Of a stretch of 64,000 bases of DNA, positions 61,565 through 64,000 are shown piece by piece; the first letter of the stretch is position 1, and the number at the start of each line of letters is the position of its first letter. Both the position numbers and the translations under genes were made by a program. The stretch is taken from NCBI GenBank assembly GCA_021776055.1, contig JAJFGP010000021.1:7520-71519 (forward strand). The letters run 5' to 3'. A model generated the notes under the pieces. That model saw nothing but the letters and a program-made list of their open reading frames with translations. It had not been told where the DNA came from and did not search any database. The DNA is from Kiloniellaceae bacterium. Its GTDB lineage: Bacteria > Pseudomonadota > Alphaproteobacteria > Kiloniellales > J153.

Positions 61565-61818
61565 CTAGGCGTGTAGGAGATGCAGTGAAGTGACCATATG
61601 CGCGGCCGATGGCGCAAGAGCCTAGACCACCGCGCCATTTTCGCGGGCGGGACTATAGCACACTCCACCGGCCGGCGATCAACCGGATTGGCCGGGATTT
61701 CGATGCCCCGCGTTTTGCCGGAGCGATCCCAATGGTTAATTGAATTTGTTCCAATAAGTCCCCCAATAGGCTGATTTAGGGCTTTAATTTTGCCTCCGGT
61801 TCCGCCATATATCAGGTT

Positions 61819-62238
61819 ATGGCAGCTCAGCGCCCCTATAGCGATTTGATCAACCGGCTCAAGACCGTCGGCTTGCGGCCGACCCGCCAGCGTTTGGCGC
61901 TGGCGCGGCTGCTTTTCAGCCGCGGCGATCGGCACCTGACCGCCGAGCAATTGCACGGCGAAGCGGTGGCGGCGCGGGTCCCGGTTTCCCTGGCGACGGT
62001 CTATAACGCCCTGCATCAATTCACCAACACAGGGCTTCTGCGCGAGGTCATCGTGGAGCCGGGGCGCTCCTATTTCGATACCAACGTTACCGACCACCAT
62101 CACTTCTTTCACGAAGATAGCGGGCATCTGGAAGACATTGCCGGCGAGGATGTCCGCCTGGTTGCGTTGCCGGCGCCGCCAAAGGGCAAACGCGTTCGCC
62201 GCGTCGATGTCATTATCCGCGTTCATCTCGGCGACTGA
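61819..62238 (+). CDS. irr: Iron response regulator Irr (Fur family)
   Basis: Very close to Irr hallmarks as I remember them from Bradyrhizobium/Rhizobium: GLRPTRQRLALARLLF..GDRHLTAEQL, VPVSLATVYNAL, and YFDTNVTDHHHFF (the HHH heme-binding motif). The divergent arrangement with fabA is the conserved alphaproteobacterial context. The N-terminal Cys-Pro heme regulatory motif is absent. Confidence 0.9.
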   Translation: MAAQRPYSDLINRLKTVGLRPTRQRLALARLLFSRGDRHLTAEQLHGEAVAARVPVSLATVYNALHQFTNTGLLREVIVEPGRSYFDTNVTDHHHFFHEDSGHLEDIAGEDVRLVALPAPPKGKRVRRVDVIIRVHLGD

Positions 62239-62270
62239 TAATCATTTTCTCGTCGCCGGTTAAAAAATTC

Positions 62271-62287
62271 CCTAGAACGATTCTAAT
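62271..62287. promoter_or_regulatory. Iron control element (ICE)-like Irr binding site
   Basis: CCTAGAA-CGA-TTCTAAT versus the ICE consensus TTTAGAA-N3-TTCTAAA. The TAGAA-N3-TTCTA core is a perfect palindrome. It lies 4 nt upstream of a TTGACA -35 hexamer. Confidence 0.65.
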
Positions 62288-62290
62288 TTA

Positions 62291-62319
62291 TTGACAGCCG
62301 GCCGTCGGCTGTCTATTTA
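62291..62319 (+). promoter_or_regulatory. Sigma70-type promoter of the rubrerythrin gene, with an 8-bp inverted repeat filling the spacer
   Basis: TTGACA (62291-62296), a 17-nt spacer, then TATTTA (62314-62319). The inverted repeat is GACAGCCG (62293-62300) and CGGCTGTC (62306-62313). Confidence 0.6.
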
Positions 62320-62411
62320 GCGGTTATGGCCGTTTCCAATCGGCCAACGGATCGGGTTCGCGATCACCCAGTCGCCGTAAACGCCAATCGCTGTAGTCAA
62401 GGGAGAGCATC

Positions 62412-62831
62412 ATGCCAAAGCTCAAGGGTTCCAAGACCGAGGAAAATCTAAAAGCCGCCTTCGCCGGCGAAAGCCAGGCAAACCGCCGCTATCTCTATTT
62501 CGCGCAGAAAGCCGACATCGAGGGGTACAACGATGTCTCCGCCGTTTTCCGCTCCACTGCCGAGGGCGAGACGGGGCATGCGCATGGCCATCTGCAGTTC
62601 CTCGAAGAGGTGGGTGATCCGGCCACCGGCGAGCCCATCGGCGATACCTCCCTTAATCTCAAGGCGGCGATCGCCGGTGAGACGCACGAGTATACGGACA
62701 TGTACCCGGGCATGGCGCGCTCCGCCCGCGAGGAAGGTTTCGACGAGATCGCGGATTGGTTCGAGACCCTGGCCAAGGCCGAGAAGAGTCACGCCGGCCG
62801 CTTTCAGAAGGCTCTCGAAACCATCCGTTAA
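62412..62831 (+). CDS. Rubrerythrin-family diiron protein (erythrin type, no rubredoxin domain)
   Basis: Ferritin-like four-helix ExxH pattern: TEENLKAAFAGESQANRRYLYFA, EGETGHAHGH, AIAGETHEYTDMYP and AEKSHAGRF. The 139-aa protein has no C-terminal CxxC pairs. Confidence 0.9.
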   Translation: MPKLKGSKTEENLKAAFAGESQANRRYLYFAQKADIEGYNDVSAVFRSTAEGETGHAHGHLQFLEEVGDPATGEPIGDTSLNLKAAIAGETHEYTDMYPGMARSAREEGFDEIADWFETLAKAEKSHAGRFQKALETIR

Positions 62832-62906
62832 GTCGGTACTGGCCGCCCGCGCTGGGAGTGACCCGGCGCGGTGGCCGCAGCCGTTACGGACTTAGGGAGC
62901 GAGGGT

Positions 62907-64000
62907 ATGCGCGAAGGCGGTCTCGACGCGCCGGTGCGCCAGCCGTTGGATTGGCGTAACCCGGATTTTGCCGATGCACAGAAGATCGACGCGGAGATGC
63001 GCCGGGTCTTCGATATCTGCCATGGCTGCCGGCGCTGCTTCAATCTGTGCGACTCGTTTCCCACACTCTTCGATCTGATCGACGAGTCGAAAAGCGGCGA
63101 GCTGGACACTGTGGCGAGCCCCGATTTCGCCAAGGTGGTGGACGGCTGCACCCTGTGCGACATGTGCTTCATGGTGAAATGCCCCTACGTGCCGCCGCAT
63201 GAGTTCAACCTGGATTTCCCGCACCTCATGCTGCGCTACCGGGCCGCGGAGTTGAATAAGGGCCATGGTGGCGGCGTTGCTGCCGAGCTGAGCAAGACCG
63301 ACCGCAACGGCAAGCTGGCAAGCCATATACCCGGCCTGGCCAATTGGGCCAGCGATACGGGCAATCGGCTCACCCGGCCGTTGCTGGAGACGGTCGCCGA
63401 TGTGCACCGCGAGGCGGCGTTGCCCAAGTACCACGGGACGACCTTCGTGGCGGACGCGTCGTCTCCCGAGGTCAATGTGGGTGCGCCGGCACACGGCCGC
63501 AAAGCGGTTCTCTATGCCACCTGCTTCGTCAATTACAACAGCCCGGCGATCGGCGCGGCGGCGCGGCGCGTGCTGGCCCACAACGGGGTCGACACCGAAG
63601 TCGTCTATCCGCGCTGCTGTGGCATGCCGCAACTGGAGCAAGGCGATCTGGCCGCCGTGGCCGCTGCCGCCGGCGCGGTGGCCGAGGCGATGACGCCCTG
63701 GCTGGACAAGGGCTATGACGTCATTGCCCTGACCCCGTCGTGCGCCCTGATGTTGAAATTTGAGTGGCCGCTGATCCTGCCCGACGATGCGCGCATCAAG
63801 CGCCTGGCAGAGGCTACCTACGACATCTCGGAATACGTGGTCGATATTGCCAAGACGGAAGGGCTGGCGGCGGGTCTGCGGCCGTTACCCGGCGGCGTGA
63901 CGTTGCACCTGGCGTGCCATGCGCGGGCCCAGAACATGGGTCCCAAGGCGGCCGAGATGCTGCGCTTGGTGCCCGAGGCGGATGTAAGCGTTATCGAGCG
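62907..64000 (+). CDS. Fe-S oxidoreductase of the GlpC/HdrD type (4Fe-4S dicluster + CCG domains); the 3' end lies beyond the window
   Basis: My own translation from ATG 62907 stays open to the end of the window. It contains CHGCRRCFNLC and CTLCDMCFMVKCPY ferredoxin-type motifs, and later a CCG-domain motif (YPRCCGMP). GGGAGCGAGGG precedes the ATG. It is absent from the ORF track only because it has no stop in the window. Confidence 0.8.
   Translation, partial: MREGGLDAPVRQPLDWRNPDFADAQKIDAEMRRVFDICHGCRRCFNLCDSFPTLFDLIDESKSGELDTVASPDFAKVVDGCTLCDMCFMVKCPYVPPHEFNLDFPHLMLRYRAAELNKGHGGGVAAELSKTDRNGKLASHIPGLANWASDTGNRLTRPLLETVADVHREAALPKYHGTTFVADASSPEVNVGAPAHGRKAVLYATCFVNYNSPAIGAAARRVLAHNGVDTEVVYPRCCGMPQLEQGDLAAVAAAAGAVAEAMTPWLDKGYDVIALTPSCALMLKFEWPLILPDDARIKRLAEATYDISEYVVDIAKTEGLAAGLRPLPGGVTLHLACHARAQNMGPKAAEMLRLVPEADVSVIE

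Overview
This is a visibly GC-rich alphaproteobacterial core-chromosome segment whose long-range gene order resembles Rhodospirillales/Rhizobiales. It is almost entirely coding: I support about 58 protein genes. I could not recognise any rRNA, tRNA, CRISPR array, transposase, integrase, phage gene or defence gene. Gene order: dnaK (5' partial)-dnaJ-dapB; a DUF2244 membrane protein; nth; a minus-strand string VOC-EI24-bactofilin-lipoprotein; adenosine kinase-typA-ampG-AEC transporter; a complete minus-strand Pho block (maeB-phoR, then pstS-pstC-pstA-pstB-phoU-phoB, with a textbook Pho box upstream of pstS); a hypothetical protein; mutS-glnD-murJ-trpS; TSUP/TauE-Alph_Pro_TM-Usp; nifU; polysaccharide deacetylase; nitroreductase-tsaB-rimI; mucR; fur; olsB-olsA; miaB-phoH-ybeY-corC-lnt; XRE regulator; metK-trmB; rimP-nusA-ylxR-infB-rbfA-truB-rpsO-pnp; a GDPD phosphodiesterase; fabI-fabB-fabA (minus strand) divergent from irr; rubrerythrin; and a 3'-partial CCG-type Fe-S oxidoreductase. 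I did not find a convincing novel multi-gene system, and the window looks like conserved housekeeping synteny. The unexplained signals worth a second look are mostly non-coding or sub-genic. (1) A pseudoknot-capable element plus a canonical terminator sits directly in front of rimP-nusA-infB. (2) A terminator hairpin lies in the metK leader with no SAM-riboswitch motif that I can recognise. (3) An Irr-type ICE box plus a spacer palindrome lies in the rubrerythrin promoter next to irr. (4) 15-nt in-frame tandem repeats occur in glnD (a K/P/A-rich tail), phoH and dnaK. (5) An AT-rich patch with an atypical-codon mucR gene is inserted in the conserved rimI-fur string. All coordinates and motifs were read by eye and no database search or folding calculation was possible.
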